NCBI GenBank assembly: GCA_019113645.1 | Contig: DXGZ01000027.1 | Coordinates: 11,461-75,460, forward strand | DNA: 64,000 bases | Direction of reading: 5' to 3' | From: Candidatus Mediterraneibacter vanvlietii | GTDB taxonomy: Bacteria > Bacillota > Clostridia > Lachnospirales > Lachnospiraceae | Shown: positions 30,995-40,539 of the stretch, piece by piece | How positions within the stretch are numbered: position 1 is the stretch's first letter | Layout: each line of letters starts with the position of its first letter | The notes under the pieces: generated by a model | What the model was told of the DNA's origin: nothing | Databases searched by the model: none | What the model saw: only the letters and a program-made list of their open reading frames with translations | Made by a program: the position numbers and the translations under genes

Positions 30995-32617
30995 TTACTC
31001 ACAGTCTCTGATACGTTTTCTCAGCGGAAGCACCATGGAAGGTGATACTGAGAGCTCGTCCAGTCCCATCTTAAGGAACTCTTCCGTAAGCTCCAGATCA
31101 GCTCCGAGCTCGCCGCAGATTCCGATCCATGCCCCCTCGGCGTGTGCATTGTCGGCAGCCATTTTAATCATGGCGAGCACAGCCGGGTGATGCGGATCAT
31201 AGAACGCATCCAGTTTCGCATTCTGACGGTCAATCGCCAGAGTATACTGTGTAAGGTCATTTGTTCCCACACTGAAGAAATCAACCTCTTTCGCGAGTTC
31301 GCGGCTTACCATAACAGATGCCGGAGTCTCGATCATGATACCGAGCTCTACATCTTCCTTATACGGAATACCCTCGTTCTTAAGTTCTTCTTTCACTTCA
31401 GCGATAATCTCTTTGATCCTGCGCACCTCAGCTACTGAGATGATCATCGGGAACATGATAGAGATGTTTCCGAAAACAGCCGCACGATAAAGAGCGCGGA
31501 GCTGGGTTTTGAAAATCTCCGGCCTTGTAAGACAGATACGGATCGCGCGGTAACCGAGCGCCGGGTTGTCTTCTTTGTCCAGTCCGAAATAGTCAACCTG
31601 TTTGTCTGCTCCGATGTCAAGTGTACGGATAATGACTTTTTTGCCGGCCATGCTCTCCGCCACCTGCTTATATACTGCGAACTGCTGTTCTTCTGTCGGG
31701 AAATCTGTGTTCTCGAGATAGAGGAACTCGCTTCTGAACAGGCCGATTCCGCCTGCGTCATTTTTGATCACCGCACCAAGATCGGATACATTTCCGATAT
31801 TGGCATATACGTTGATCTTCTGTCCGCTTTTTGTCACGTTTTCTTTGCCCTTAAGCTGCTCAAGAAGAGCTTTCTGCTCCAGATCTTTCGCACGCTTCTC
31901 CTGCATCGCCTTCATTGTCTCCTCATCCGGATCAATGTAAAGCGTGCCGGTAAATCCATCGATAGCCGCAATCTTTCCGTTGTATTCCGGAAGCAGTTCC
32001 GTACCAAGACCGATCACTGCCGGAATATTCATCGTACGGGCAAGAATTGCCGTATGTGAGTTGGATGATCCGTACATTGTGGCAAATCCAAGAACCTTGC
32101 TCTTGTCAAGCTGAACCGTCTCGCTCGGCGCAAGATCGTCAGCCGCAATGATGCACGGCTCTGTCATCTCTTTGAGACCGCTGTCAACGCCGCAGAGGAT
32201 GTCAAGCACACGCTCGGATACATCCTTTACATCCGCTGCCCTTCCCTGCATGTATGCGTCATCCATTGCCGCAAACATCTTTGAGAAGTTGTCAGCTGTG
32301 GTTGCAACAGCAAATTCGGCATTTACTTCCTGAGAGCGGATAATGTTCTCAATTGACTCAAGATAATCCAGATCTTCGAGCATCATCTGGTGAATCTCGA
32401 AAATCATGGCGTTAGCCTCACCTACATCTTCAAGGGCTTTGTCATACAGTTCTTTCAACTGGGATACTGCCGTATCCTTCGCTTCCTGGAATCTCTTCCA
32501 TTCAGCGTCTACATCATCGATGTGAGTTCTTTTTATCACCTTCTCGCTTCTCTTGTAAAAAAGAAGCTTTCCGATGGAAACTCCGCCAAATACACTTTTA
32601 CCGCTAATCGTAATCAT
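30995..32617 (-). CDS. ptsI: phosphoenolpyruvate-protein phosphotransferase (PTS enzyme I)
   Basis: 540 aa. GGSNSHTAILAR-like segment (GSSNSHTAILARTMNIP) and the C-terminal PEP-utilising motif (SVGTNDLTQY). Confidence 0.95.
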   Translation of the reverse strand: MITISGKSVFGGVSIGKLLFYKRSEKVIKRTHIDDVDAEWKRFQEAKDTAVSQLKELYDKALEDVGEANAMIFEIHQMMLEDLDYLESIENIIRSQEVNAEFAVATTADNFSKMFAAMDDAYMQGRAADVKDVSERVLDILCGVDSGLKEMTEPCIIAADDLAPSETVQLDKSKVLGFATMYGSSNSHTAILARTMNIPAVIGLGTELLPEYNGKIAAIDGFTGTLYIDPDEETMKAMQEKRAKDLEQKALLEQLKGKENVTKSGQKINVYANIGNVSDLGAVIKNDAGGIGLFRSEFLYLENTDFPTEEQQFAVYKQVAESMAGKKVIIRTLDIGADKQVDYFGLDKEDNPALGYRAIRICLTRPEIFKTQLRALYRAAVFGNISIMFPMIISVAEVRRIKEIIAEVKEELKNEGIPYKEDVELGIMIETPASVMVSRELAKEVDFFSVGTNDLTQYTLAIDRQNAKLDAFYDPHHPAVLAMIKMAADNAHAEGAWIGICGELGADLELTEEFLKMGLDELSVSPSMVLPLRKRIRDCE

Positions 32618-32642
32618 GATTTATAAATTCTCCTTACCTGAT

Positions 32643-32900
32643 TTATAAATTCTCCTTGAAAAATGCCTCTAATTCTGCTGCTGCGTTTTCCTCATCCGCG
32701 CCTTCAACAGTAATTGTAACTTCCTCACCAGTCTTTACTCCGAGACCCATAACGCCGAAAATTCTCTTCGCGTCCGCGCTTTTCTCTCCTTTAGTAATTT
32801 TTACAGCTGACTGATAACCTGCTGCCTGTTTTACAAGGATACCTGCCGGTCTTGCATGAATCCCCTCCGGATCTGTGATCACATATTTAAATTCTTTCAT
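32643..32900 (-). CDS. ptsH: phosphocarrier protein HPr (His15 present, Ser46 replaced by Arg)
   Basis: 85 aa with GIHARPA at residues 13-19. It aligns position-for-position with B. subtilis HPr, where residue 46 is R here (AKRIFGVMGLG). Confidence 0.9.
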   Translation of the reverse strand: MKEFKYVITDPEGIHARPAGILVKQAAGYQSAVKITKGEKSADAKRIFGVMGLGVKTGEEVTITVEGADEENAAAELEAFFKENL

Positions 32901-33042
32901 TTCTACATGTCCTCCTTTGACTTTGTGATTCTTTTATAAGTATATAACACGTTTCACGAATTTTCAATCGCTGTTTGGCAAAGATGGCGCTGTTTTGCAC
33001 AAAAATACATTTGTATAATTTAACAAATCCAGCAAGAAATCC

Positions 33043-33071
33043 GTTGACTTTTATTGTTAAACATGCTACAC
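33043..33071 (+). promoter_or_regulatory. candidate sigma-A promoter of the cold-shock gene
   Basis: TTGACT (33043-48), 17-nt spacer, TACACT (33066-71), leaving a ~70-nt 5' UTR. Confidence 0.55.
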
Positions 33072-33141
33072 TGAGCCCGTGTCTATTCTTACAGGATGCG
33101 GCACAGCAACTTATTTTTATTTTCTTATGGAGGGTAACACA

Positions 33142-33339
33142 ATGACAGGTACAGTAAAATGGTTTAACAACCAGAAGGGCTATGGATTCATCTCCGATGC
33201 TGAAGGAAATGACATCTTTGTTCACTATTCAGGACTTGTAATGGATGGATTCAAGACGCTCGAAGAAGGCCAGGCTGTCGAGTTTGAAGTGACAGAAGGC
33301 GCAAAAGGACCGCAGGCAACAAATGTAGTAAAGCTTTAA
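33142..33339 (+). CDS. cspA: cold-shock protein (CspA family)
   Basis: [17 protein letters not shown]...DIFVHYS contains the RNP1/RNP2 motifs. I chose the ATG at 33142 (ggaggg RBS). Confidence 0.95.
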   Translation: MTGTVKWFNNQKGYGFISDAEGNDIFVHYSGLVMDGFKTLEEGQAVEFEVTEGAKGPQATNVVKL

Positions 33340-33430
33340 TCAGATTTTTTAATGTACCTTTTAATATATAAATTGATCTGAAAACAACCTTGATTTATTA
33401 TTAAAATTACAGAGAAATGCGATTAAAACG

Positions 33431-33465
33431 AGACCGGATGGCACTGACGCCATCCGGTCTTTTTC
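33431..33465. terminator. rho-independent terminator (serves csp; possibly bidirectional)
   Basis: agaccggatgg/ccatccggtct 11-bp stem followed by T5. Confidence 0.7.
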
Positions 33466-33485
33466 CTTATCATATATAGTTTTTG

Positions 33486-33929
33486 TTAAAGGTTTATGTT
33501 GGAGACGTAAGCCTGCGGTGCTTCCCAGATATCAAATCCGCTTCCCCTTAATATGTCGACAACCCTTGCAGGATCATCGCACTTGAGCACAGCCGATGCG
33601 TCTGTTCCGTTCGCAAAGGCATACATATATTCGATATTGACATCTCCTTCCACGATCTGGTGCATCGCGCGGCTGAGAGAACCTGTCTCGTGAGGTACAC
33701 GCAGCGCCACAACATCTGTGAGCATTGCAGTAATTCCATTGTCTTTAAGAACTGCTTTTCCTTTATTCGGATCAGAGACAATCATTCTCAACATTCCATA
33801 TTCGGTAGTATCTGCCAGGCTTAATGCAACGATGTTCACATCGTTTCCCGCCAGAACGGAGAGGACCTCATCAAGACGCCCTTCGCGGTTTTCAAGAAAA
33901 ACCGATAACTGCTGAATTGTGATTCCCAT
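33486..33929 (-). CDS. ACT domain-containing protein
   Basis: 147 aa with two ACT-like halves (ISVFLENREGRL...). It lies downstream of a paaK-like ligase. Confidence 0.7.
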   Translation of the reverse strand: MGITIQQLSVFLENREGRLDEVLSVLAGNDVNIVALSLADTTEYGMLRMIVSDPNKGKAVLKDNGITAMLTDVVALRVPHETGSLSRAMHQIVEGDVNIEYMYAFANGTDASAVLKCDDPARVVDILRGSGFDIWEAPQAYVSNINL

Positions 33930-33946
33930 ATTTCTTCCCTCTCTTT

Positions 33947-35278
33947 CTACAGATTCCTGTTGTCAATTACACGGACTGCTTTTCCTTCGCTTCTCTGAAT
34001 AGATTTCGGCTCAACCAGTTTCACTCTTACGGAAATACCAAGAGCAGTTTTTAATACGCCTGCAATCTTGTTCCTGAGTGCATCCAGTTTTCTGATCTCG
34101 TCAGAGAATACGGATTCATCTACTTCTACCATAACAGTAAGCACATCCATGTTATCCTCTCTGTCAACGATCATCATGTAGTGCGGAGCTACCACGCCTC
34201 CCATGGAAAGCAGTGCTGTTTCCACCTGAGTCGGGAATACATTCACGCCGCGGATTACTTTCATATCATCAGTTCTTCCTGTGAATTTCGAAATTCTCGG
34301 AAGCGTTCTTCCACATTCACACGTCTGGTAATTGATGCTTGTAAGGTCTTTTGTGCGATAGCGGATCAGAGGCATTGCCTCTTTCGCAAGAGTGGTAAAT
34401 ACCAGCTCGCCGGTCTCGCCCTCAGCACATCTCTCGTGCGTTGCCGGATGCAGCACTTCCGGATAGAAATAATCCCAGTGCACGTGAAGCCCTGATTTGT
34501 GGATACAATCCTGCGCAACGCCCGGGCCTGTGATCTCGCAAAGTCCGTAGATATCAAAGCAGTTAATGTGGAGGATACTCTCAATCTTCTTTCGCATCTC
34601 CTCTGTCCACGGTTCCGCTCCGTGAATACCTGCTTTTAACTTCATTTTATCTACCAGTCCGGCTTCCTGGATGGATTCGGCAAGATAAAGTGCGTAAGAC
34701 GGAGTACATGCGAATGCTGTAGCACCAAGATCCTCCATGCACATCATCTGGCGTTTCGTGTTGCCTGCCGACATCGGGATCGCCGTAGCGCCCAGTGCCT
34801 TTGCGCCGAAATCAAGGCCCAGACCTCCTGTGAAGAGTCCGTATCCGTAGCAGACATGGATGATATCTTCGTTCGTAAGTCCTGCCATCGTGAGTCCTCT
34901 CGCCACACACTCACCCCATACTTCCACATCTTTCTGGGAATATGGCGCGATGGTAAGCTTTCCTGTTGTGCCCGATGTTCCCTGAACACGAACAACATCT
35001 TTCATCGGAATCGCGAGAAGCCCGAACGGATAATTATTCTTCAGGTCTTCTTTCGTTGTGAACGGAAGCTTCTCGATATCTTCGATCGTCTTGATATCTC
35101 CTGGCTCCACGCCGCGCTCCTGCATTTTTTTACGGTAAAAATCCACATTGTTGTACACTCTGTTTACAACATCTACAAGCCTTTTGCTCTGCAGATCCGC
35201 CATCTCATCCCTGCTCATGCACTCTATTTTAGGATCGCGGATCCGCTCCACCCAGTTTTCTAATGATACTCCTGCCAT
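33947..35278 (-). CDS. paaK: phenylacetate--CoA ligase family protein (copy 1)
   Basis: 443 aa. The adenylate-forming motif TSGTTGK (GTSGTTGKLT) and the length and pattern match PaaK. Confidence 0.85.
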   Translation of the reverse strand: MAGVSLENWVERIRDPKIECMSRDEMADLQSKRLVDVVNRVYNNVDFYRKKMQERGVEPGDIKTIEDIEKLPFTTKEDLKNNYPFGLLAIPMKDVVRVQGTSGTTGKLTIAPYSQKDVEVWGECVARGLTMAGLTNEDIIHVCYGYGLFTGGLGLDFGAKALGATAIPMSAGNTKRQMMCMEDLGATAFACTPSYALYLAESIQEAGLVDKMKLKAGIHGAEPWTEEMRKKIESILHINCFDIYGLCEITGPGVAQDCIHKSGLHVHWDYFYPEVLHPATHERCAEGETGELVFTTLAKEAMPLIRYRTKDLTSINYQTCECGRTLPRISKFTGRTDDMKVIRGVNVFPTQVETALLSMGGVVAPHYMMIVDREDNMDVLTVMVEVDESVFSDEIRKLDALRNKIAGVLKTALGISVRVKLVEPKSIQRSEGKAVRVIDNRNL

Positions 35279-35305
35279 CTCTTTTCTCCTTTAATCAATG
35301 TGTTT

Positions 35306-35725
35306 TTATAATTCTTCTTCCTCCACGAGCTTTACATTTGACGCCCGCAGAACTTTCTGCGCTTTATCGAAATCATCCGTGCTAAATACCATGACCGGAG
35401 CCTTCTCTTCGCGGATAACAAAAGAATAGATATAATTCACATTAATCTGTCCGTCAGCGAGAATCTTGAGCATCTGATTCAGATTGCCTTTTTCGTCTTT
35501 GAGTTCCGCGCCGATCACTTCGCTGATCCTTGTCACGAACCCCTTTCTTGTCAGGCTCTCTTTTGCACGGACCGGATCGTCCACAACAAGTCTCATAATT
35601 CCGAATTCCGGCGTATCGAAAGTCGAAATTGCACGGATATTCACATGCTCCTCTGACAGAGCCGAAGTCACATTCATCATGCTCCCCGGCTGATTCTCCA
35701 CGAATACCGATATCTGCCTGATCAT
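35306..35725 (-). CDS. ACT domain-containing protein
   Basis: MIRQISVFVENQPGSMMNV... is paralogous to 33486-33929. I chose the ATG at 35725. The ORF track starts at a GTG at 35734. Confidence 0.7.
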   Translation of the reverse strand: MIRQISVFVENQPGSMMNVTSALSEEHVNIRAISTFDTPEFGIMRLVVDDPVRAKESLTRKGFVTRISEVIGAELKDEKGNLNQMLKILADGQINVNYIYSFVIREEKAPVMVFSTDDFDKAQKVLRASNVKLVEEEEL

Positions 35726-35785
35726 TATTATCACCGCCCTTCACTGTCTGTATATTCCTGCATATTTATTCAATATATGTTTATT

Positions 35786-36358
35786 TTATTTCAATTCAAA
35801 ACCTACGTCAAATGCTTTCTTGTTGATCTCCACTGTTTTCGGCGGAACCGTCTTCTCAATCACACTGTACCACTGGTCTTTCGTGAAATCCATGTGCTGT
35901 GCCGCCACTCCGAGAACAATCATATTGAAAACCTTCGGATTTCCCAGCTTGCGGGCCTCCTCTGTCGCGTCCACAGTGTATACCTGATATTCCTTTGCCA
36001 GGTTCTCGAGAATATTTTCCGGATACTGCGCATTTCCGATCACCACCGGCATGGGGTCGATTCTCCAGTCATTGACTACAAGAGCTCCATCCTTTTTCAG
36101 GAAATGTGCGTAGCGGAGCGCTTCCAGACGCTCAAACGCAATGATAACATCCGCCTGTCCTTCCTCAACGATCGGCTCAGCCACCTTGTCGCCGTAGCGG
36201 ACAAAAGTAACAACACTTCCGCCTCTCTGCGCCATTCCGTGAACTTCTGATAATTTTACATCGTATCCTCCCGCTATGGTGAGTCCGCCCAGAACACGGC
36301 TCGTAAGAAGGGTTCCCTGTCCGCCGACACCGACGATCATTATATTCTTAACTGCCAT
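35786..36358 (-). CDS. iorB: indolepyruvate ferredoxin oxidoreductase subunit beta
   Basis: 190 aa. MIVGVGGQGTLL is the N-terminus typical of the IOR beta / PFOR gamma-like domain. It sits immediately downstream of iorA. Confidence 0.85.
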   Translation of the reverse strand: MAVKNIMIVGVGGQGTLLTSRVLGGLTIAGGYDVKLSEVHGMAQRGGSVVTFVRYGDKVAEPIVEEGQADVIIAFERLEALRYAHFLKKDGALVVNDWRIDPMPVVIGNAQYPENILENLAKEYQVYTVDATEEARKLGNPKVFNMIVLGVAAQHMDFTKDQWYSVIEKTVPPKTVEINKKAFDVGFELK

Positions 36359-36362
36359 AATT

Positions 36363-38108
36363 CTATTCCCCCTCCTTTACAAGTTCAATCGCGTCGAATT
36401 TACATAAGTCTTTACACAATCCGCAGCCGGTGCACATCGTATCATCAATACGGATCGTGCCGTCCGGGTTCTTTGTCATTGCCGGACATCCCGGTTTCAT
36501 ACATGCTCCGCACTTTTTACATTTATCAGGCAGAGCTCTGTAGAGCGGTTTTTTCCTCTTATCAAGAAGAACGCATGGAGTCTTTGTAATGATAACGGAA
36601 ATCTCATCCTTCGCCGTCTCCTCTTTTATCGTCTTCTCCAGAAGCGGAAGATCAAAAGCATTGATCTCGTACACATTTTTAATTCCCATGGCGCGGCAGA
36701 TTCCCGGGATACTGATCGCATATGTAGGATCGCCCTGCAGGGTTTTTCCGGTAGCTGCGTGATCCTGGTGTCCCGTCATTCCGGTTGTGGAATTATCGAG
36801 AATCATCACTGTACCGGTCGCTTTGTTATAAACCATATTCATCAGGGAATTCACGCCAGTATGCATGAACGTGGAATCTCCGATCACTGCTACCCAGTTT
36901 TTAATGTAGTCTTTTCCTTTTGCCTTCTCCATGCCATGAAGTGTGGAAATACTTGATCCCATACACATCGTTGTATCGATCACGCTCAAAGGTGCAACCG
37001 CACCGAGGGTATAGCATCCGATATCACCGGCAGCATGCATTTTCAGCTTGTTCAGCACATAGAACACGCTTCTGTGCGGACATCCCGGACAGAGGATCGG
37101 CGGTCTTCCCGGAGCCGCTGCCGGTTCTTTGATATCCAGCTTCTCTTTTAAGATTGCTTCTCTTAACATATTCGCGCTGTACTCACCCTGAACGGTCAGA
37201 ATCTCTTTTCCGACTGCTTTGATTCCCCAGGATTTCACCTGTTCTTCAATCACGGGATCCAGCTCTTCTACAATATATAACGTCTCAACTTTGGCAGCAA
37301 AGTCTTCAATCAGTTTTCTCGGAAGCGGATTCACCATTCCCAGCTTCAGAACAGAAGCATTCGGGAGCGCTTCCTTTACATACTGATACGGAATACCGCT
37401 TGTGATGACTCCGATCTTTGTATCATTCATTTCAACGCGGTTGATCGGAAGTGTATTGGCCTCTTCTGCCAGTTCGTTATTCCGTTTCTCGATCTCAACA
37501 TGACGGATCTTTGCATTGCCAGGCATCATAACATTTTTCTGAATGTTTTTCTCATAAGGTCTGTCTTCCGGCTCCACTCTCTCCTGAAGTTCCACAAGCC
37601 CCTGTGAGTGTGCAAGCCTCGTTGTTGTCCGGAAGATAAACGGACGGTCGAACTTCTCGCTCAGTTCAAACGCCGCCTTGAAGAAATCCTTTGCCTCCGC
37701 ACTGTCAGAAGGTTCGATAACAGGGATCTGCGCTGCTCTCGCCACCATTCTCGTGTCCTGTTCATTCTGGGAGCTGTAAAGTCCCGGGTCGTCTGCCACC
37801 ACGATGACAAGTCCGCCGTTTACGCCCATGTAAGAAACTGAATAGAGCGGGTCTGCTGCAACATTCAGCCCCACGTGCTTCATACAGGCCATGGATCTCA
37901 CACCTGCAAGGCTTGCGCCTACTGCAACCTCCGTTGCCACCTTCTCGTTCGGCGCCCACTCTTCATATACATCATCGCGGTACTGTACAAGGTATTCGCT
38001 GATTTCTGTACTCGGTGTTCCCGGATAAGCCGAAGACACCTTGACTCCCGCCTCATAAGCTCCCCGGGCAATCGCCTCATTGCCCAGCATAATCACTTTC
38101 TCTGCCAT
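36363..38108 (-). CDS. iorA: indolepyruvate ferredoxin oxidoreductase subunit alpha
   Basis: ~580 aa with a TPP-binding region (GDSTFMHTG) and a C-terminal 2x[4Fe-4S] ferredoxin motif (CKKCGACMKPGCP... CTGCGLCKDLC). I chose the ATG at 38108. Confidence 0.9.
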   Translation of the reverse strand: MAEKVIMLGNEAIARGAYEAGVKVSSAYPGTPSTEISEYLVQYRDDVYEEWAPNEKVATEVAVGASLAGVRSMACMKHVGLNVAADPLYSVSYMGVNGGLVIVVADDPGLYSSQNEQDTRMVARAAQIPVIEPSDSAEAKDFFKAAFELSEKFDRPFIFRTTTRLAHSQGLVELQERVEPEDRPYEKNIQKNVMMPGNAKIRHVEIEKRNNELAEEANTLPINRVEMNDTKIGVITSGIPYQYVKEALPNASVLKLGMVNPLPRKLIEDFAAKVETLYIVEELDPVIEEQVKSWGIKAVGKEILTVQGEYSANMLREAILKEKLDIKEPAAAPGRPPILCPGCPHRSVFYVLNKLKMHAAGDIGCYTLGAVAPLSVIDTTMCMGSSISTLHGMEKAKGKDYIKNWVAVIGDSTFMHTGVNSLMNMVYNKATGTVMILDNSTTGMTGHQDHAATGKTLQGDPTYAISIPGICRAMGIKNVYEINAFDLPLLEKTIKEETAKDEISVIITKTPCVLLDKRKKPLYRALPDKCKKCGACMKPGCPAMTKNPDGTIRIDDTMCTGCGLCKDLCKFDAIELVKEGE

Positions 38109-38109
38109 A

Positions 38110-39420
38110 TCATAAACCATCCTTTCGTAAATCAGTCACTCTTCTTGCCTTGCCCTCAAATCTCTGCAGTGTGTTCGGAGCCACCAGACGGATCTGCGTT
38201 GCAAGGCCGAGCTGTGATTTCAATGCGCGTTTAATCCGTGATTCCAGTTCGCTCAGTTTTGTATAACTGTCCAGAAGCCTGTCGTCAACCAGCTCCACAG
38301 TGATTGTCATAACGTCAAGCCGGTTCTTTCTCTCGACAAGGATCTCATAATGAGGTCCGATTTCTTCGATTTTCAGAAGCACTTCCTCTATCTGTGTCGG
38401 GAATACATTCACGCCTCTGATCACAAGCATGTCATCCGCACGGCCGGAAATATTCTCCATACGTACCGTTGTTCTGCCGCATTTACAAGGTTCATACATC
38501 AGGCGTGTCAGGTCTCCGGTACGATATCTGACAAGCGGAAGGGCTTCTTTGCCAAGGCAGGTTACAACCAGTTCCCCCAGTTCTCCCGGAGGAAGCACTT
38601 CCTCTGTCTCCGGATTGATGATCTCCGGTATAAACCAGTCTTCATTCACATGCATTCCACACAGCTCAGGACATTCTCCTGCAACCCCTGGTCCGCACAG
38701 TTCGCTCATTCCGTAATTCTGCGTACAGAGGAAATTCTCGCCCCAGACTTTGTGCATCTCGTCCCTCATAGCTTCTGTCATCCCTTCGCCTCCGAAGAGA
38801 CCGATATGAAGTTTAAGATCTTTTTCCGGGTCAAGTCCTCTCCTTCTGATCTCCTCGCCAAGATGAAGTGCATATGACGGTGTCGCGACAAGCAGCGTCA
38901 CTCCCATATCCTGCAGAAACATGATCTGTTTGTTCGTATTCCCCGAGGACATGGGAATCACAGACGCTCCGATTTTCTCCAGTCCTCCGTGGAGTCCCAG
39001 CGCTCCGGTAAATGTACCGTATCCGAACGAAATCTGAGCCACATCGTCCGCTGTCGCGCCGCCCATGCACGCAAGCCTTGCCACGTTGTTGAGCCACATA
39101 TCAAGATCATTTCTCGTATAGCCGACAACTGTTGGTTTTCCTGTCGTACCGGAGCTCGCATGATAGCGGACAATCTCTTTTTTGTCTACCGCAAACAGAC
39201 CGTCCGGATAATTGTCCCTGAAATCTGTTTTATATGTAAAGGGCAGTTTCTTCAGATCCTCCAGTGTATTTATATCTTGCGGCTTCACGCCCGCCGCATC
39301 CATCTTGGCACGGTATGGCTGCACTCTGTCATAAATATAGCGAACCGTATCCTTTAATTTCGATAGCTGGATCGCCTCAATCTCTTCTCTTGGCAGAGTT
39401 TCTTCCTTTGCCCATATCAT
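38110..39420 (-). CDS. paaK: phenylacetate--CoA ligase family protein (copy 2)
   Basis: SSGTTGKPT motif; paralogue of 33947-35278. I chose the ATG at 39420 (gaaggagg RBS). The ORF track extends to 39468. Confidence 0.85.
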   Translation of the reverse strand: MIWAKEETLPREEIEAIQLSKLKDTVRYIYDRVQPYRAKMDAAGVKPQDINTLEDLKKLPFTYKTDFRDNYPDGLFAVDKKEIVRYHASSGTTGKPTVVGYTRNDLDMWLNNVARLACMGGATADDVAQISFGYGTFTGALGLHGGLEKIGASVIPMSSGNTNKQIMFLQDMGVTLLVATPSYALHLGEEIRRRGLDPEKDLKLHIGLFGGEGMTEAMRDEMHKVWGENFLCTQNYGMSELCGPGVAGECPELCGMHVNEDWFIPEIINPETEEVLPPGELGELVVTCLGKEALPLVRYRTGDLTRLMYEPCKCGRTTVRMENISGRADDMLVIRGVNVFPTQIEEVLLKIEEIGPHYEILVERKNRLDVMTITVELVDDRLLDSYTKLSELESRIKRALKSQLGLATQIRLVAPNTLQRFEGKARRVTDLRKDGL

Positions 39421-39520
39421 TGTACATAACCTCCTTCGGTAAAAGTTCGCCTTTTGATAGTATAACACATTACTTTCTCAATTTAAAGCGTTAATTTCAG
39501 AAAAGCTAAAGTTTATGACC

Positions 39521-40409
39521 AGCTATTTAGTTAATCAGGTTCGCTGACTTTTGGAGACGATATTTTCGAAAACAGGGAAGCATTCTAAAACGTATTCTGC
39601 AGAGGCTGAGGGTATGTTCAGGGCTCCGCTCCAGGGTCTAAGTGAATCTAAGAAGTTCCGGGCATGGACTAAATGCAAGGACAGCCGGCGAGCAACTCGC
39701 TTTGCTCAAACAATCTCGCCGTCTGCCCTAACGTCCATGTCCGGAACTTCAAGATTCACTAAGTCCCTTTCGAAGTCACCCTGCCCACACCCTCAACCTC
39801 AGCAGAAAGTTTCTTGAAATGGGGGCTGTTTTCTGCTTTATCGGCTGGGAAAGTCATCGAATAATCAACTGAGAAAAACAGAGGCGCGGCAGGAAAGCCT
39901 TACAATGTGTAAGTCCTTCAAGCCGCGCTGTATTGCGGTTTTCTAAGTCTATTTATAGAATGATCAGAGGGAAAAATGACAAAGGCGGAAGTGTACTGGA
40001 AATCAGAAGGTGTTGTTAATAATTAAGCCGGCAGCAAAACTATGCTGCCGGCCGCACTTTTGTTTTCTTCAGCCTGTTAGGCAGTAATTACCGATCTGGA
40101 TGGAACAGAAAACAGACCCTATTGCAAAAACTTTTCTGCCGGGAGGGAGACTGTGGGCGGCTGACTTCGGAGGGGGATTAGGCAAACTTGGAGTTCCGGG
40201 GAGGGACGTTGAGGCAGGCGGTGAGATTGTCTGAGCGTAGCGAGTTGCTCACCGTCTGTCTCTGCTTTTAGTCCGTCCCCGGAACTCCTTAGTTTCCCTT
40301 ATCCCCCGGAGCGGAAGCCGCCCACAATCCCCCTCCCGGCAGAATACGTCTTGTAAATCCACTCTGTTTTCGTCCGATTTGAAACCGGTAATTATTGAAC
40401 TAAATAGCT
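39521..40409. repeat. ~0.89-kb non-coding nested palindrome, copy 2 of the family at 1511-2577
   Basis: Alignable by eye to copy 1 end to end. Hairpin A is at 39597-39805 and hairpin A' at 40136-40342. The inner hairpin is at 39881-39928 and the central hairpin at 40027-40052. TIRs are agctatttagtt and aactaaatagct. It lacks the right-hand inner hairpin present in copy 1. Confidence 0.85.
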
Positions 40410-40539
40410 CCCCCCTTGACAAGGGTGCTATAGTATAGGTGTAACAGGAAACAAACACTTAACAACACCTGCTTTTAAGTACAAAGTGAATGGCTGCTAA
40501 GCGTAATTTCAATGATTCAGTGATTGGAGGAAAAGATAA

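Noticed and set aside
32940-32975. cre (CcpA) site-like sequence tgaaacgtgtta in the ptsH promoter spacer
   Set aside because: It does not fit the TGWAANCGNTNWCA consensus when aligned, because the central CG is displaced by one position.
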